A DNA stretch of 64,000 nucleotides from the NCBI GenBank assembly GCA_002269645.1, contig NIVC01002470.1, positions 62,001 to 126,000 of the forward strand, written 5' to 3'. Below the pieces are notes generated by a model. That model was not told the DNA's origin. It was given only the letters and a program-made list of their open reading frames with translations, and made no database searches. Made by a program: the position numbers and the translations under genes. This document shows positions 22,701 to 36,181 of this stretch, piece after piece. Positions within the stretch are counted from its first letter, which is position 1; every line of letters begins with the position of its first letter. This stretch comes from Macrostomum lignano (Eukaryota).

Positions 22701-24305
22701 CTCTTGCCTGTAGAGCTAAACTCTTGCCTGTGGCGCTAAACTCGCCTGTGGCGCTAAACTCTTGCCTGTGGAGCTAAACTCTTGGCTGTGGCGCTAAACT
22801 CTTGCCTGTGGCACTACTAAACTCTTGCCTGTGGCGCTAAACTCTTGTCTGTGGCGCTAAACTCTTGACTTTGGCGCTAAACTCTTGCCTGTGGCACTAA
22901 ACTCTTGCCTGTGGCGCTAAACTCTTGCCTGTGGCGCTAAACTCTTGCCTGTGGCGCTAAACTCTTGCCTGTGGCGCTAAACTCTTGCCTGTGGAGCTAA
23001 ACTCTTGGCTGTGGCTCTAAACTCGCCTCTTGCCTGTGGCACTAAACTCTTGCCTGTGGCACTACTAAACTCTTGCCTGTGGCGCTAAACTCTTGCCTGT
23101 GGCACTAAACTCTTGTCTGTGGCGCTAAACTCTTGCCTGTGGCACTAAACTCTTGTCTGTGGCGCTAAACTCTTGCCTGTGGCGCTAAACTCTTGTCTTT
23201 GGCGCTAAACTCTTGCCTGTGGCACTAAACGGTGCTAAACTGACACTAAAAATATTTTGTTCAGTAACTGGGAGCTGGGACTCATTGCCCCGCTGGCAAA
23301 GCAGATTCCCTTGCACCTGATTCTCTTACAATGACGTTGACTATGGTTGTTTCAAATCAAATATTCAACTCTTGAAGCCAGGTCTTAAACGTTTGACACA
23401 GAACTTGTGTATTCACCTCTCCTGCCCAGCAGTGTCCCAGATTTGGCTCTTCACAACTTTGCCATTAACCCGGATGCTGCGGGTAGCAAACTCTACACCA
23501 ATGGTGGACTTGGACTCCAGGTTGAACTCATTGCGAGTGAATCTGCTGAGCAGGTTGGACTTGCCAACTCCAGAGTCGCCTATCAGGACAACTAAAATGG
23601 AAAGTTGATATTTGTATTTAGGGGGATTCCACAATACCCATATGCAGTATTAAATCTTATAATAATATAAAAATGGTAACAATTGAAAATAAGTAAACAA
23701 CAATAAAGATCTAGAGAATAATACTTATGGTTTTGTAATTTTTAATAATAAATGCTATTAAATGAGTAGAAAAGATAAATAGCATTTTGTACTTATTAAG
23801 GAAATGATTTTTGCTATATTATCACTTCTATAAAAAAATCTCAACTGCCAAGTGGAAGAGGCAGTTGACTCTTCCACCACAGGTGCTGACCTACAGGCTG
23901 GAAGCCATCCCCATGACTGCCACTCGTGAGGCGAGCTTGGAGGCCTGCCATCATCACCTCCTGCATAATGCCCTGTGCATCTAGTTCCCCAAGCACGTGA
24001 GCAACACTGAGCTGACAGTCTAGACCCACATGCTGCCCCTGGTCACACTTTGCAGAGGCGGCGCCAGATATTGATCAGCCACTGCCTGCGGGCCCACACA
24101 CAAGGCACCAGGCCCCCACTCACTGACCTGCTGCTTAGCCCACCTTGTGGGAGACTCCACCAGGGCCAGGCGCGCTGCACCACTCTGACTGACACTCTTC
24201 TCACTGACTTACAGGCTCTGGGCCTTACCTCTTAGTCTGCAGCTAGGCTGGACTCAGCTGTTTTCCACCAATGGGTGCTTCGCTGACCCCTGAGCCAGCA
24301 TCTGT

Positions 24306-24356
<51 letters not shown>

Positions 24357-25003
24357 GTATTAATAATAATAAAAGTAAATATGTAGATTAATATATAATC
24401 TTTGGATTTCAAAGGATTATATATATGTATTGGTTTGGTCAAAGTTAAGAATATTTATTAAGGTTAATTGTATAAGGAATTTAAAAAATATAAAATCAGA
24501 AAAAATATAGGTAAGTTTCATTTCCTCATGAAATTGTAGCATATTTAGAACTAAAATCAAACATCACCACAATCTATTTGGGTGGCATGGATTCACTAAC
24601 AAAAAGTCATTATCATTAAAAATGGGTGAATGCAAATTGAAAGATAATGAGTTATGGGTAGGGAAAACATGTTAACTTAATTCCGAGACATGGATGAACC
24701 AGAATTCAGCACTCAAATAGGCTAGGAAGGCGGTGGCGTACGCAGCCCCCCCCCCATTGCCTAGGGAGGTGACTGATGGAGGTCTTGCCAGAGGCGACTA
24801 GCCAGATAGAACCCTAAAAATGTCCTTTATTGTTGCAACTTGTCGGTGCAGATGGACGATACTCCCCCTGGGCTGTTGGCGCCCCTCTTCAATGGAAAAT
24901 TCTGCGTACGCCACTGCAGGAAGGGAAAAAAATCATATCATAATTTCAAAATAAAGAATGTACCTTTGAAAAGATAGTCATATTCGTCATCCTTTGAAGT
25001 CAT
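19703..25003 (-). CDS. RAB11: Rab11-like GTPase, complete copy (exons 24964..25003, 23417..23591, 20662..20957, 19703..19841) with a 1-nt frameshift in exon 4
   Basis: All G motifs present ([31 protein letters not shown]) plus [23 protein letters not shown]. Splice phases are consistent. The C-terminal SKKSCCS* lies in a shifted frame. Confidence 0.92.
19845..20510. repeat. Rab11 intron 3 minisatellites: ~31-bp GGGGTCAACTGGGGTCATTTGGTGGTCATTT (19845-20330) and 21-bp GATTCTAATGACTTTGGGGAG-like (20345-20510)
   Basis: Direct periodicity. Confidence 0.93.
21025..21600. repeat. 21-bp minisatellite (GGATCTGGATTCTTGGATTTG) in Rab11 intron 2
   Basis: Direct periodicity. Confidence 0.95.
22257..23228. 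repeat. 20-bp minisatellite, right copy
   Basis: Reverse complement of 18345-19317. Confidence 0.95.
23841..24360 (+). mobile_element. RTE-clade LINE fragment, right copy
   Basis: Mirror of 17213-17731; the (TAA)n tail is one unit shorter. Confidence 0.78.
24731..24916. mobile_element. hAT-type MITE, right copy
   Basis: Mirror of 16653-16840. Confidence 0.8.
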
Positions 25004-27527
25004 AATGGTATAAAATAAAGCAGCTATATTTAAAATCACGTCTAGATGATTAGACTCTTTAAACTACTTTTGCCTTTTCCTCCTTCCTAGATCCTAACTC
25101 CTACAGATAAAAAATTTCCTGGATTAAAAATCTGTTTCCTTGAAAACGACAACTTAAAATATAGCACTTTAGAACTGTAAAACAAAAATCCACACTTATG
25201 ATGACTTCTCTTACAGATTTTACATAAAAGTGCAAATGTATTTTACTAAAATTTATTCGAATATTCCTATTAATGAGCTAGTTGCACAAACAGTTTTACT
25301 TGCTTTTTATTGCTTTTCTGTTTTATCCGCTGCTTTTCTTCGAAACGAACCGATAAGCTAGCTTTGATTTTCTCAGCGTTTCAACCTATTACATGTAGGC
25401 CCTATTGCTTTTTATGTTTCAAATTTCAAATCATTAAAAAATTATTGATCTGTCGGCCATAGAGTAGAGTGTATACCCTTGCACTCGAATGACACTTGTC
25501 TGTCGCTGTAAGTCGTGTAAGACAGATAGACGTGACATTTCTGGGGATTCTAGCGCAATGGAATTAAATCTGGAATTGTCTAGTTAGGGCCTATTTAAAA
25601 GTTACAATACAATTATATCAGGATAAGTTTATTTAAATGTTTAAAATGCCAAAGAAATTTTCTATATTCACAATTGAGCTACATTTTTAGATATTATAGG
25701 TCTATCTTGTCATTCCTTTTCTTTAATTGTCTTGTATATTTCACTTGCTCTTTAGCTAGTCGTAATGCCTAGGCTATGAATGATTATTGTATAATATTTT
25801 ATTTGATATAGTAATAATTTTATAATTATTGAGATTCTTGGAATAATTTACTGTCAAATCTAGCTTATAGATGTTCTATCTATTAAACAAGTAGTCTATA
25901 AACTTTTGCAACTTTTCTAAGTCAAAGTGTGACAGTGTAATTCAAAGAAGCATATGTACAAGTATTGTATTTCCTTATCTTGTATGCATGCTGTGCTAGT
26001 GATACTTGTATTCTTTTATATTTTAACAATATTCTATATGTATTATTATTGTAGTAATGTTACAATTGAATCTATAGTTTGTTTGTGGCCTTGTATGTAT
26101 TTATTCTAGTATTATTTGTATTTCTTGCATATTGAATTATTTCTTGTAAAGTAGTTCCATTTATCTATGTACATGTATTGACATTCTAATAATCCTGCAT
26201 AATACTTGTATTTTATCAATCATATTTTATTATATTGTGCCTAAGAGGGGTCTAGTTTTTGGATTAAGCTTGTTGTTATCTTGTTTACTTACCAATTATA
26301 AATATACTCTTGCAGTCAGCAGCCACTCTTTTCCTTTGTTTATTTGCTTTGCTTTTTGCCTTAAGCTTGAGGGTGATCAAATAAATTACCAGTCTATATA
26401 ACTAAATTTACAAAAATTTTGCTATGGGTAAAATCAGCTGCTAATCTGCTAGATTATATGTTAATCCAATTATTTGCTAAATAATAAAAAAGCTGTCCTC
26501 CCACTTTATTTGTCACAAAAGATTTTTTTCAAGTTAAACAAAATTTAAGTTGTCTCTTTTTAAAAATTATCCTAAATTATATGCACTTATCTATCCTTCA
26601 ACACTATGCCTGTATTTAATTTAATACTAAATTTTAATACTAAAATACACTCTAAAGTCCAATGTTTATGGCTCTCTTATTTTGTGTTTAAATAAGCAAC
26701 TAATTCTTTTGAGTACTTCCATGGGTATGTAGTCATTTTTTCTGCTACCTTTGCTAACTATATTGTATTTTTGCAGACAAGAGAGGTAGACAAACTGGAA
26801 GCAGACAAAATGACTATCAGCCCCTCTATGAGTTTTTAGAATTAAAAAATCTTAGTGAGCTAGACTAGGCAAATAACTTATTTTAACTTATTTAGGGCCA
26901 GAATCTTGAATAGAGGCAAACAGGATCATAAAAACCTATGAAGGCATAGTATTTTTAGTAATCAAAGTAAAAAATGAAGCTTATGCTATGTTTCTTTGAT
27001 GCAAAAGATATTTTGCATCTAGAGTTTCTACCTCAAGGCTAAACCAATAATTAACATATATGCAAAAAGATTTTGCAATGTCTACTTTGCTCAGTATAAG
27101 ACAAGAGGCAAGCTTTGTGGCAAATAAACTTAGTTTTTTATTAGCATACATCCCTTGTTGTTAGATACATGCTTATAAAATTTAAAATAAAAGATTGTTT
27201 ATTATTGCTATTAATAATTCTAAGATTTTTTTTTATTTGTAACAATATCAGTAGTATGTAACTATTTTTAAAAAGTAGTTAAAATTTTAGTTTGAAATAA
27301 AAAATTGCAAAATGTAGAATTAATTGTTAGCAAATATTAAGATTCATCAAAGTTATATTTTGGTTGAGATTCTTAAAGTAATGTAAGTTGACAACAATAG
27401 TCAGGCTTTTAACTTTTTGATGCTTTTTTCACAGAAGCCAAGCTGTTTTTACTTTATTTGAAATAAAAAATAGGAACAATAAAATTAAGATGAGCGAACT
27501 GTGAGCTGCCTACTGAAAGTAAGTAGC

Positions 27528-29917
27528 ATGCAGAGCAAAAGAATCAGCCTCTTTAACAACTTGATGCAGCGCCAGGTCAGCGGTCAGCACAGCAGCAGAT
27601 CCCGCGCTCTGCAGGCCTCCGGCGGCAGTGCTGGCGGCGGCCGCAGCGGCCATCGGTCCCCGAGCCTCTCCGACCGGGAGGACATGCTGCTGGACAGCAG
27701 CAACAGCGGCGGCGCCGGTGGTGGTGGCGACTTCTCGCACGATTCAGCCGCGCTGGTGAAGGACCGGAGGCGCGAGCTGCACACGCAGGCCGAGCAGAAG
27801 CGCAGGGACGCCATCAAGCAGGGCTATGACAAGCTGTACGAGCTGGTTGGCGCCGCGCCCAGCGCCTCGGCTGCCGGCGGCGCCGCCGCTGCTGGTGGCG
27901 GATCCGGAGAAACTAACGCCAAGTCGCTGAGCAAAGCGTCCATCTTGCAGAGGTCAATCAGGCACATGGAGCATCTGGCCAAGCAGAAGGAGTTGCAGGA
28001 GCGCGAGCTGGACAAACTGCACAAAGAGGTGCGAGGGTGCTAGCCTTGATGAGTGCCATTCCAGCCTTGATGAGTGCCATTCCAGCCTTGATGAGTGCCA
28101 TTCCAGCTTTGATGAGTGCCATTCCAGCCTTGATGAGTGCCATTCCAGACTTGATGAGTGCCATTCTAGTATTGATGAGTGCCATTCTAGTATTGATGAG
28201 TGCCATTCTAGTATTGATGAGTGCCATTCTAGTATTGATGAGTGCCATTCTAGTATTGATGAGTGCCATTCTAGTATTGATGAGTGCCATTCCAGCCTTG
28301 ATGAGTGCCATTCTAGTATTGATGAGTGCCATTCTAGTATTGTTGAGTGCCATTCTAGTATTGATGAGTGCCATTCCAGCCTAGATGAGTGCCATTCCAG
28401 ACTTCATGAGTGCCATTCTAGTATTGATGAGTGCCATTCCAGCCTTGATGAGTGCCATTCTAGTACTGATGAGTGCCATTCTAGTACTGATGAGTGCCAT
28501 TCCAGCCTTGATAAGTGCCATTCTAGTATTGATGAGTGCCATTCTAGTATTGATGAGTGCCATTCCAGCCTTGATGATTGCCATTCTAGTACTGATGAGT
28601 GCCATTCCAGCCTTGATAAGTGCCATTCTAGTATGATGAGTGCCATTCTAGTTGATAGTGCCATTCTAGTACTGATGAGTGCCATTCCAGCCTAGATGAG
28701 TGCCATTCCAGACTTGATGAGTGCCATTCTAGTATTGATGAGTGCCATTCCAGCCTTGATGAGTGCCATTCTAGTACTGATGAATGCCATTCCAGCCTTG
28801 ATGAGTGCCATTCTAGTACTGATGAGTGCCATTCCAGCCTTGATAAGTGCAATTCTAGTACTGATGAGTGCCATTCCAGCCTTGATAAGTGCCATTCTAG
28901 TATTGATGAGTGCCATTCTAGTATTGATGAGTGCCATTCTAGTATTGATGAGTGCCATTCCAGCCTTGATGAGTGCCATTCTAGTATTGATGAGTGCCAT
29001 TCCAGCCTTGATGAGTGCCATTCTAGTACTGATGAATGCCATTCCAGCCTTGATGAGTGCCATTCCAGCCTTGATAAGTGCAATTCTAGTACTGATGAGT
29101 GCCATTCCAGCCTAGATGAGTGCCATTCCAGACTTGATGAGTGCCATTCTAGTATTGATGAGTGCCATTCCAGCCTTGATGAGTGCCATTCTAGTACTGA
29201 TGAATGCCATTCCAGCCTTGATGAGTGCCATTCTAGTACTGATGAGTGCCATTCCAGCCTTGATAAGTGCAATTCTAGTACTGATGAGTGCCATTCCAGC
29301 CTAGATGAGTGCCATTCCAGACTTGATGAGTGCCATTCTAGTATTGATGAGTGCCATTCCAGCCTTGATGAGTGCCATTCTAGTACTGATGAATGCCATT
29401 CCAGCCTTGATGAGTGCCATTCTAGTACTGATGAGTGCCATTCCAGCCTTGATAAGTGCAATTCTAGTACTGATGAGTGCCATTCCAGCCTTGATCTAGG
29501 GATTCTGCTTAGTGATATACAATACAAGTTGCTCATAAATCATAGCTAATAACTAAACCTGTCTACCAACTGCAGGTGATGGCGCTGAAGATAATGAAGA
29601 TGAACTATGAGCACTTTGTGAGCAGTGCCGGAGCATCTGGCGGGGCTGCGGCCGCCTCTTCGCCGCAGTCGCAGCCGCTGCCCGAGCAGGTGAAGTTCAG
29701 CGTGTTCCAGTCCGTGATGGACCAGCTGTTCGCCGGCTTCGACCGGTCCACGTCGGCTGGCAGCTTCGCCGAGCTGTCCGGCTGCGTAATCACCTGGCTG
29801 GAGGAGCAGTGCCGGCCGCAGACGGTGCACGAGCTGTCTGTACAGGCGCTACAGCAGGTGCTGACACAGTACAGCCAGCAGCAGCAGGGCAGGCAGGCTC
29901 CTGGCAACCGGCTGTGA
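27528..29917 (+). CDS. MLX: Max-like protein X, right copy (exons 27528..28028, 29576..29917; start Met tentative)
   Basis: Translation identical to the left copy. Confidence 0.92.
28041..29495. repeat. 21-bp Mlx intron minisatellite, right copy
   Basis: Mirror of 12008-13530 with some unit gains and losses. Confidence 0.95.
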
Positions 29918-29953
29918 GCTCTCATTAACACTACATTAGAGTACAGTGACTAA

Positions 29954-30213
29954 AATAACTAGATGGGCCACTCAGCACATTTGCGTTTAAACTACTTTCA
30001 GTTCAGTAGTAAGTTAAATAGAAGCATTTTAATGTATTTTAGGGCGGCACAGGTTTTTTCGTCATCTTACCCCCCTCCCCCCAAGCTGCCAAGTGGATGT
30101 ACATGACAGATGCACTAATAACATGTCATTTCCATCTGCAACTGCCTTCTTCCTTACTACTGAACTGAAAGTAGTAAAAGCCCATATATTTGCCTAAGTG
30201 ACGCGTCTAGTTA
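29954..30213. mobile_element. MITE-like element B, right copy
   Basis: TIR cores at 29992..30009 and 30157..30174. Confidence 0.65.
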
Positions 30214-30422
30214 TTAAAAATAGCATCTGTGGTCGCCTTTGCCCGTTGATAACTTTATCGTGACAAGAACTGGCTCTGGGGCGACTCTTGTGACTTGTGA
30301 CTCAAACGACTGCAATACGACGGTGAGGCGACTGTTGAGACACAAGCGCATCACGTGAATTGCAGAATCGTAAGAGCCTCAAAAAAGTCATCCAAAAGTC
30401 GTGTTATCACCACAAATACTAG

Positions 30423-30838
30423 AATAACTAGATGGGCCACGCAGCACATTTGCGTGTAAGCTACTTTCAGTTCAGTAGTATGTTAAACTGAAGCATTTTT
30501 AAAGCCAAAGCTCATTAATTGGCTCTTAACCCCCCTCCATCCCCAGCTTAAACCCTCCAACCGCGCCTTTCCACACTGCCCCCCGTCCCGCCCCAATTTT
30601 ATTGCCATTCTCGGAATTCCAGCCTAAAGCTGCCATGTACATTTCAGTGGACTGGCTAATGTACATTATTGCCGAACCAATTAGCAAGCTGTTTACGCCT
30701 GCAAGCTTGGGCTTCTAAACTTATCAAAGTCATTTCAGCTGCCTTTCTTTTTATAAAATAGCTTATGCATTCTTCTTTGCTACTGAACTGAAAGTAGAAA
30801 GCTGTTTTACTAAGTAAATATGCCTGAGTGGCCCATCA
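30423..30838. mobile_element. MITE-like element A, right copy
   Basis: TIR cores at 30461..30478 and 30780..30797. Confidence 0.65.
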
Positions 30839-31754
30839 ACGAAAAACTTATTAATTCTTATTTGAAATTAACAGGCTTGCTGTCTGCTTGTGCATTCGAA
30901 TATTTCCTGCCAAATCTGACAATGCTGATTTACGAGCTCGTAGCTTCAATCCCACTGGGCATCTTCTAACCAAAGCTAATCCCCGACTAGCACAGATCCC
31001 CGCGAGTGCCTTGCCCGCCTGTTTAATGATAATCATGTGCACAGCAGTTCTAAAATTCTATAATGATCCAATCTGTATATAGCAAACTGTTGATGTCATT
31101 TTTTCTTCTATTTTATCATCATTATTTATTTATTATACCTGCATGCAAATTACTAATTAAATAGATAATATATAGTACTAGTCAACTCTCCCTACTTGCA
31201 GTAGTGTCCAATCTCTGCGTAAGAAAAAAAAGGTTTTAAAAATCCCAAAATAAGCGAGTCCGCAGTCCTTAATAATAACATTAATGAATTGCGAGTTTTT
31301 TGTGCAACTCTGTAAAGTTGAGCAGTCCAGGGAGGGCCTCGCCACTTCAATTGAATTTTCATTTGGTGCCGTCGACTGCAGATTTTCAGTTGCTATGCTG
31401 CATGTAAGTCCCATGCAATCTGTTCTTCATCATTTTGATTTTTTCTATCTTCACGCGCTGGGCTGCTCATTGTGTTAAATAAACTCGCCCCCCTGTCGCT
31501 TGAGTCCGTTTTTTAGCAAAAGGAAAAGAAATTATGAAAATACGAAGTGCTGTAATTATATATTTTTTCTCTCACGAATTCTTGTTGCTAACTTAAACTT
31601 TTGTGGATGAGCATTGATAATTATACAGCCTGCTGCTGGTTTTGTGTGCCAGCCATCTGCTTATCACGCTAATTGAATATTTGGCTTTCGAATCTGGGCT
31701 TCTCTCACTGCCGTTGAACTGACTGTTAAGGAGCTGACTCTGATAAATCCCGCA

Positions 31755-32730
31755 TCCTGACACTGGCAGGTCCCGCCTCCTGACACTGACTGATCCCACC
31801 TCCTGACACTGCCTGATCCCACCTCCTGACACTGCCTGATCCCGCTCCCTAACATTGACAGATACCATTACTTGACTCTGACAGATCCCATTACCTGACA
31901 CTGACAGATCCCATTACCTGACACTGACAGATCCCATTACCTAACACTGACAGTTCCCGCCTCCTGACACTGACAGATCCCGCCTCCTGACTGATAGATC
32001 CCGCCTCCTGACACTGATAGATCCCGCCTCCTGACACTGACAGATCCCGCCTCCTGACACTGATAGATCCCGCCTCCAGACACTGACAGATTCCACCTGA
32101 CACTGACTGATCCCACCTCCTGACACCTACAGATCCCATTACTTGACTCTGACAGATCCCGCCTCCTGACACTGGCAGATCCCGCCTCCTGACACTGACA
32201 GATCCCACCTGACACTGACTGATCCCACCTCCTGACACCTACAGATCCCATTACCTGACACTGACAGATCCCATTACCTGACACTGAAAGATCCCACCTC
32301 CTGACACCTACAGATCCCATTACCTAACACTGACAGTTCCCGCCTCCTGACACTGACAGATCCCGCCTCCTGACACTGATAGATCCTGCCTCCTGGCACT
32401 GACAGATCCCGCCTTCTGACACTGATAGATCCCGCCTCCTGACACTGGCAGATCCCATTACCTGACACTGACAGATCCCGCCTCCTGACACTGACAGATC
32501 CCGTCTTCTGACACTGACATATCCCGCCTCCTGACACTGATAGATCCCGCCTCCTGACACTGACAGATTCCGCCTCCTGACACTGACAGATCCCATTACC
32601 TGACACTGACAGATCCGCCTTCTGACAGTAGCAGATCCCATTACCTGACACTGAGAGTTCCCATTATCTGACACTAACAGTTCCCATTGCCTGATACTGA
32701 CAGACCCCATTACCTGACTCTGACAGATCC
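31755..32730. repeat. ~23-bp minisatellite, right copy
   Basis: Mirror of 8690-9745, shorter. Confidence 0.95.
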
Positions 32731-33459
32731 CATTTACCTGACAGCTCTCACTGGAATGAATAGAATCAGAAAAGTTTCAGAACGCTTTGATGTCGCACCA
32801 AAAACTCGGAAGGTAAAGCACTTTTAAATTAGCAGTGCAAAAGCAAAGCGTCTAGACTGAATGCCAAAGCTAATTCTCAGTTGCAATGAAGCAAACCAAT
32901 TTGATGTTGGAACAATCATCACACTGTTGTTGGGGAGTTGGGAGCGAGCCATTTCGATATCGATCAAATTTCTATCCGAAATTTAAATTACATTTTCTGT
33001 AATCCGACGCTAAACTGGGGTCGGAAAAGTTCCGCTCGCGAGCTTCAATTGATTAGCATAATGACATTCTGGGTTCTCTGTTTTTTTCCCTTCTTGCAGG
33101 CAGGCATCTCTTGGGTAAAAAAGCGGTTGGCTTGTGCTGTTCGCAGTTTTCTGTTGTTATCTGCATTGGTGATCCAGATCTGTGCGCTTCAAAGAAGCAT
33201 TAACATGCAAAATTGCCGTGGCACCAGGGGCGAGCCAGCAGGGTCTGTTTGATGGGGCGCCAATTGAAGCTGGGAGATGTCAGTGCTGTGCTCCGAAGTT
33301 TCAGTTGTGCCCCGAAAATAACACGCATTTTCTGATCTCATTTGTTACATTTAACTTGCTTACACGGGATATGCTTACATGTACTTATTCACATGCTTCC
33401 CATCGCCTACTGACGAGTAGCAAGAAAGGAATGTGAAGCGAATCTCATACTTCGTGTAA

Positions 33460-33733
33460 AAATAATAATAATTATAATTGATTACACCTGCCCAACTGGG
33501 CCCAATTGGTGCATCTGAAGGCTGCGTACGGCTGTTCAGTCCAAGGACTGGCGGGTCACACCCTCAGCTACCTTAGCTAATGCTGGTAACCAATTTACAG
33601 CTGGGTGAACTGAAGCAATGCAGAGTTAAGTATAGTGTCTTGCTCAAGGACACAAATTGTTCCAGTGGGGATCGGGAATCGAACCCTGAACCTTCAAGTC
33701 GTGAGTCTGACGCTCTTAACCACTAGGCTATGC
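33460..33733 (-). mobile_element. tRNA-derived CORE-like SINE, right copy
   Basis: Mirror of 7689-7965. Confidence 0.8.
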
Positions 33734-34506
33734 AATGGTTTTATAGTTAAACAGAACTTCTAGAGTGTGTGAGCACTGGATGATGCCCTTGCCCCTTGCT
33801 CAGCCTGACTCTGAGATCTCACTCAGAACCCTGTCTGGACCTATCGGGAGTTCGAATCTCGCTCTCGGACTGCATGGCATTAATTAGCATCTCACACCTT
33901 GACTTGCATATTGATCAATACCAAAAAATCCAATAGAAAAAGTTGGCAGTACCCGCTCCACCATTGGCCTGGGCTGACCCCCCCCCAGTCAGCCACCCCG
34001 CCGGCTCCTGACAGCAAGTTAAAAGCGACAGCGGCCATTCCCAGCTCGAATACGCTTCCCGCAAGTCTCTCTCGGATACCTCGGCACCACCTGGCAACGG
34101 CGACACTTCGGTAAGACGATGATTGCCTGGGCGAGCACTTTGCAGAGTTTGCGTTTGAAATGGACAGCGTTAGTTATTTATCCCCTGAATTCCCACTGGG
34201 GACAACTAGTTGGTCTGCAGCTCCGCAGAGTTCATGAAAAATTCAGACTGGGATTTTTGTGGGCCAGCGGCGCGGCTCCTGAAATATTCAAATTGGGGCC
34301 AATTGGGAGCCAAAGTCTTTAAAGCTGGCCTTGGTTTGGGGAAATATTGGGGAAACTCTACGAGCACTCTCTGTGGCCTTTTGGCGGTTGCTGGGAAGAC
34401 TCCGCCTCGATCCCACGAGTTGCCGCCAACCCTACATTCTGACCTCTGACCTCCGCAGAATCTGCAACATCACTAAAGCCAACAACAGAAGAAGCAAACG
34501 AGCGCA

Positions 34507-35336
34507 ATGCAGCCTCTCCACGCCATCATCGCCCTACTGATCCTGCTGCTGGCAGCTCAGCAGGAAGGCGCGGCCAGCGCCGTTCGCGTCGCGAGATCCG
34601 CGGGTTTGAACTCGGGCTGGGGGGGTTCGAACTCGGGCTGGGGGGTGGTTGGAACTCGGGCTGGGGGGGGGGTTGGAACTCGGCTGGGGGGGGGGTTGGA
34701 ACTCGGGCTGGGGGGGGTTGGAACTCGGGCTGGGGGGGGGGTTGGAACTCGGGCTGGGGGGTTGGAACTCGGGCTGGGGTGGGTTGGAACTCGGGCTGGG
34801 GGGGTTGGAACTCGGGCTGGGGGGGTTGGAACTAGGGCTGGGGGGTTGGAACTCGGGCTGGGGGGTTGGAACTCGGGCTGAGGGGGTTGGAACTCGGGCT
34901 GGGGGGGGGAGGGTTGGAACGGCTGGGGGGTTCGAACTCGGGCTGGGACGGGGTTCGAACCAGATAGACAGATCCAAGTCGTACGGACTGAAGCTTTGAG
35001 CTGAACTCGGATGGAATTAAATAGAATCCACATTATCAATTCACATATTTGCTAGACTAGCAATCCAATTCTACAAATCCCCCTAATCCACAGGCTAGAC
35101 TAGCAACCCACTTTAAAACAGATTAATCCAAGCCAAAGCAACTCCCTCCCACAGGCCTCGGCGAGCTGGCGGGCCCGCGGGCCAAGCGGTTTCTCTACAA
35201 CTCAGGCGGCGGCTGCGAGGCCTTCGAGGTGCAGTGCTTCAACCACGTGGACTGCATGGCGCAGTACCGCAGCCCCAGCTACATGTGCGCGGTAGGGGAG
35301 TGCAAGTCCACCTGCGTGCCGGTGCCCCGGCAGTGA
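34507..35336 (+). CDS. Secreted Cys-rich peptide precursor, right copy (exons 34507..34603, 35155..35336)
   Basis: Same 92-aa product as the left copy; the intron minisatellite is shorter. Confidence 0.8.
34605..34960. repeat. Intronic G-rich minisatellite of the peptide gene, right copy
   Basis: GTTGGAACTCGGGCTGGGGGG units starting at the donor. Confidence 0.95.
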
Positions 35337-35606
35337 ATTTCCTCGGGACGAACCGGCCATGTCAGTCCTGGCTGAGATCATTGGCAGACTCAAAATATTT
35401 GTGCAAATAATTATGTACTAATTAAAATCAAAGATTGCTCCCGCGATCCACGGCCACGCATTGCCGTCTCGGCGAATTTCGCATTAGTCGAATTTGCACA
35501 CAGATAAATTGCTGCTTAAGACTCTTGCAGTTTTTGCTTTTTTATAAGCTAAACTTGGCACTGAAACAACTCGAGTATTGAATTGATCCTCCTAATTAGT
35601 AATAGG

Positions 35607-36181
35607 TTAGTGGGTGAGCAGGTGGCTGGATAGACAGGTGAGTGGGTGAGCAGGTGGGTGGATAGACAGGTGGCTGGGTGTGTAGGTGGGTGGATAGACA
35701 GGTGAGTGGGTGAGCAGGTGGGTGGATAGACAGGTGAGTGGGTGAGCAGGTGGGTGGATAGACAGGTGACTGGGTGTGCAGGTGGGTGGATGGACAGGTG
35801 ACTGGGTGTGCAGGTGGCTGGATAGACAGGTGACTGGGTGTGCAGGTGGGTGGATAGACAGGTGACTGGGTGTGCAGGTGGGTGGATAGACAGGTGACTG
35901 GGTGTGCAGGTGGCTGGATAGACAGGTGAGTGGGGGTGCAGGTGGGTGGATGGACAGGTGACTGGGTGTGCAGGTGGCTGGATAGACAGGTGACTGGGTG
36001 TGCAGGTGGCTGGATAGACAGGTGAGTGGGTGTGCAGGTGGGTGGATAGACAGGTGAGTGGGGGTCCAGGTGGGTGGATAGACAGGTGAGTGGGGGTCCA
36101 GGTGGGTGGATAGACAGGTGAGTGGGTGTGCAGGTGGATGGATAGACAGGTGGCTGAGTGTGCAGGTGGGTGGATAGACAA
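35607..36181. repeat. 32-bp satellite block, single orientation
   Basis: Mirror of 4943-5575 but without the internal inversion. Confidence 0.93.
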
